The notes under the pieces: model-generated
Told to the model about the DNA's origin: nothing
The model's input: only the letters and a program-made list of their open reading frames with translations
Databases searched by the model: none
In this document: positions 62,963 through 64,000 of the stretch, piece by piece
How the letters are laid out: each line of letters opens with the position of its first letter
How positions within the stretch are numbered: position 1 is the first letter of the stretch
Assembly: GCF_009914755.1 (NCBI RefSeq)
Contig: NC_060928.1
Length of the DNA: 64,000 nt
Direction: 5' to 3' (one strand)
DNA from: the human T2T-CHM13v2.0 reference genome, Homo sapiens
Translations under genes and position numbers: made by a program

Positions 62963-64000
62963 CATAAGCTAGCCTTCCAGGTTAACTTTCCTAACTTGTA
63001 CAATATTTCCTTTCCTGATTTCCTCAATTTCCATTATACTTTTCTTCAGACAAGTTAATAGTCCAATGAAATTTTTTCAAATGCTCAACAATCTTCCTCA
63101 TTCCCAAATAAATTTTAATATATATGTATAAGCACATATACATGCATATTCATTATATATTTGTATACTTGTCACTTTAGACAATTTGAGTATAGAACTA
63201 CTTTCAAGGAGATGACAATCCAGTTTGCCTTTGGCTGGTACACTTCTTGCCATTTGCTTATATAGGCATTTTGACATTTTGAAGTTTCCTCCCATCTTGA
63301 GTACAGCTGATCCAACTATCTGGGAGTAAACAGAAAGACCAATGGACACCCACAGGAAACATGCTGAGGTGCACATGGAATGTGGATAGGAAAGAGGTCT
63401 GTTATGATAAGAAGGGCTGTGGTGAGCATCATAGCCAATGTGGGGAGCCACATTCTGCAGCTCTTGGTAAGTGAGGTCAGTGGAAAGACTTGAGTCATGA
63501 AGTGTATATATCATTCTTTCAATTCCTGAGGAAAGCTTCATGGGGGAAACGATTTTGAATAAAATGAGAAACAATTAGTTTGGTCATGTTTTATTTCACA
63601 ACAAAATTTCCTGTTTTTAGTTTAAAAGGTACCTATGACTAATAACGTTTTCCCCAAATTTTCAGGATATGAAGCTTGTGTTCCTTGAGTTTGACATAAA
63701 TTGTGCTTCAGGCACTTACACAAGTTGATGAATAGCAATATAATTGACTCATTGTGAATGCCTTTATTCATATTAACCTATTATGATGAATTTCAAATTA
63801 TAGAGTCTAGATTAGCAGTAGAGCAATTATCTGAGCAGTGAGCTTGTCTAGAGACTATTCTATATTTTTATCTTCAGGAAGATGTCCACAATGGAGCTCC
63901 TATTAAGACCATAGCATGTTGAAAGTAAATTCCTCACTTAGAATTATTTCAAGACAACAAAGCATACAGTATTGGTATCCATGTATCAGATAAGACTTTT

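Overview
Primate (human or closely related hominoid) genomic DNA, AT-rich and roughly half to two-thirds interspersed repeats. It holds the 5' end of RASSF6 on the minus strand. Three spliced coding exons (22115-22176, 13382-13480, 310-388) join through canonical GT-AG sites into [80 protein letters not shown], which I recognise as the RASSF6 N-terminus. None of these exons is in the supplied ORF track. A small CpG-rich promoter/exon-1 region lies at ~22.0-22.3 kb. Upstream is ~41 kb of intergenic DNA (toward the CXCL8 cluster, by known gene order) with a ~21 kb stack of old L1s, Charlie1, a rearranged ERVL/HERV16 remnant, MER67, Alus, L2/MIR and several microsatellites. I found no evidence for a new biological system. 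The best leads are modest: a candidate alternative first exon carrying a strong-Kozak uORF, a locally templated inverted insertion inside an L1, two non-TE duplications (90 bp in the promoter, 176 bp tandem), a strong CTCF motif and an internal ERV inversion. Repeat subfamily names are from recalled consensus sequences, and repeat boundaries are approximate unless a TSD is given.
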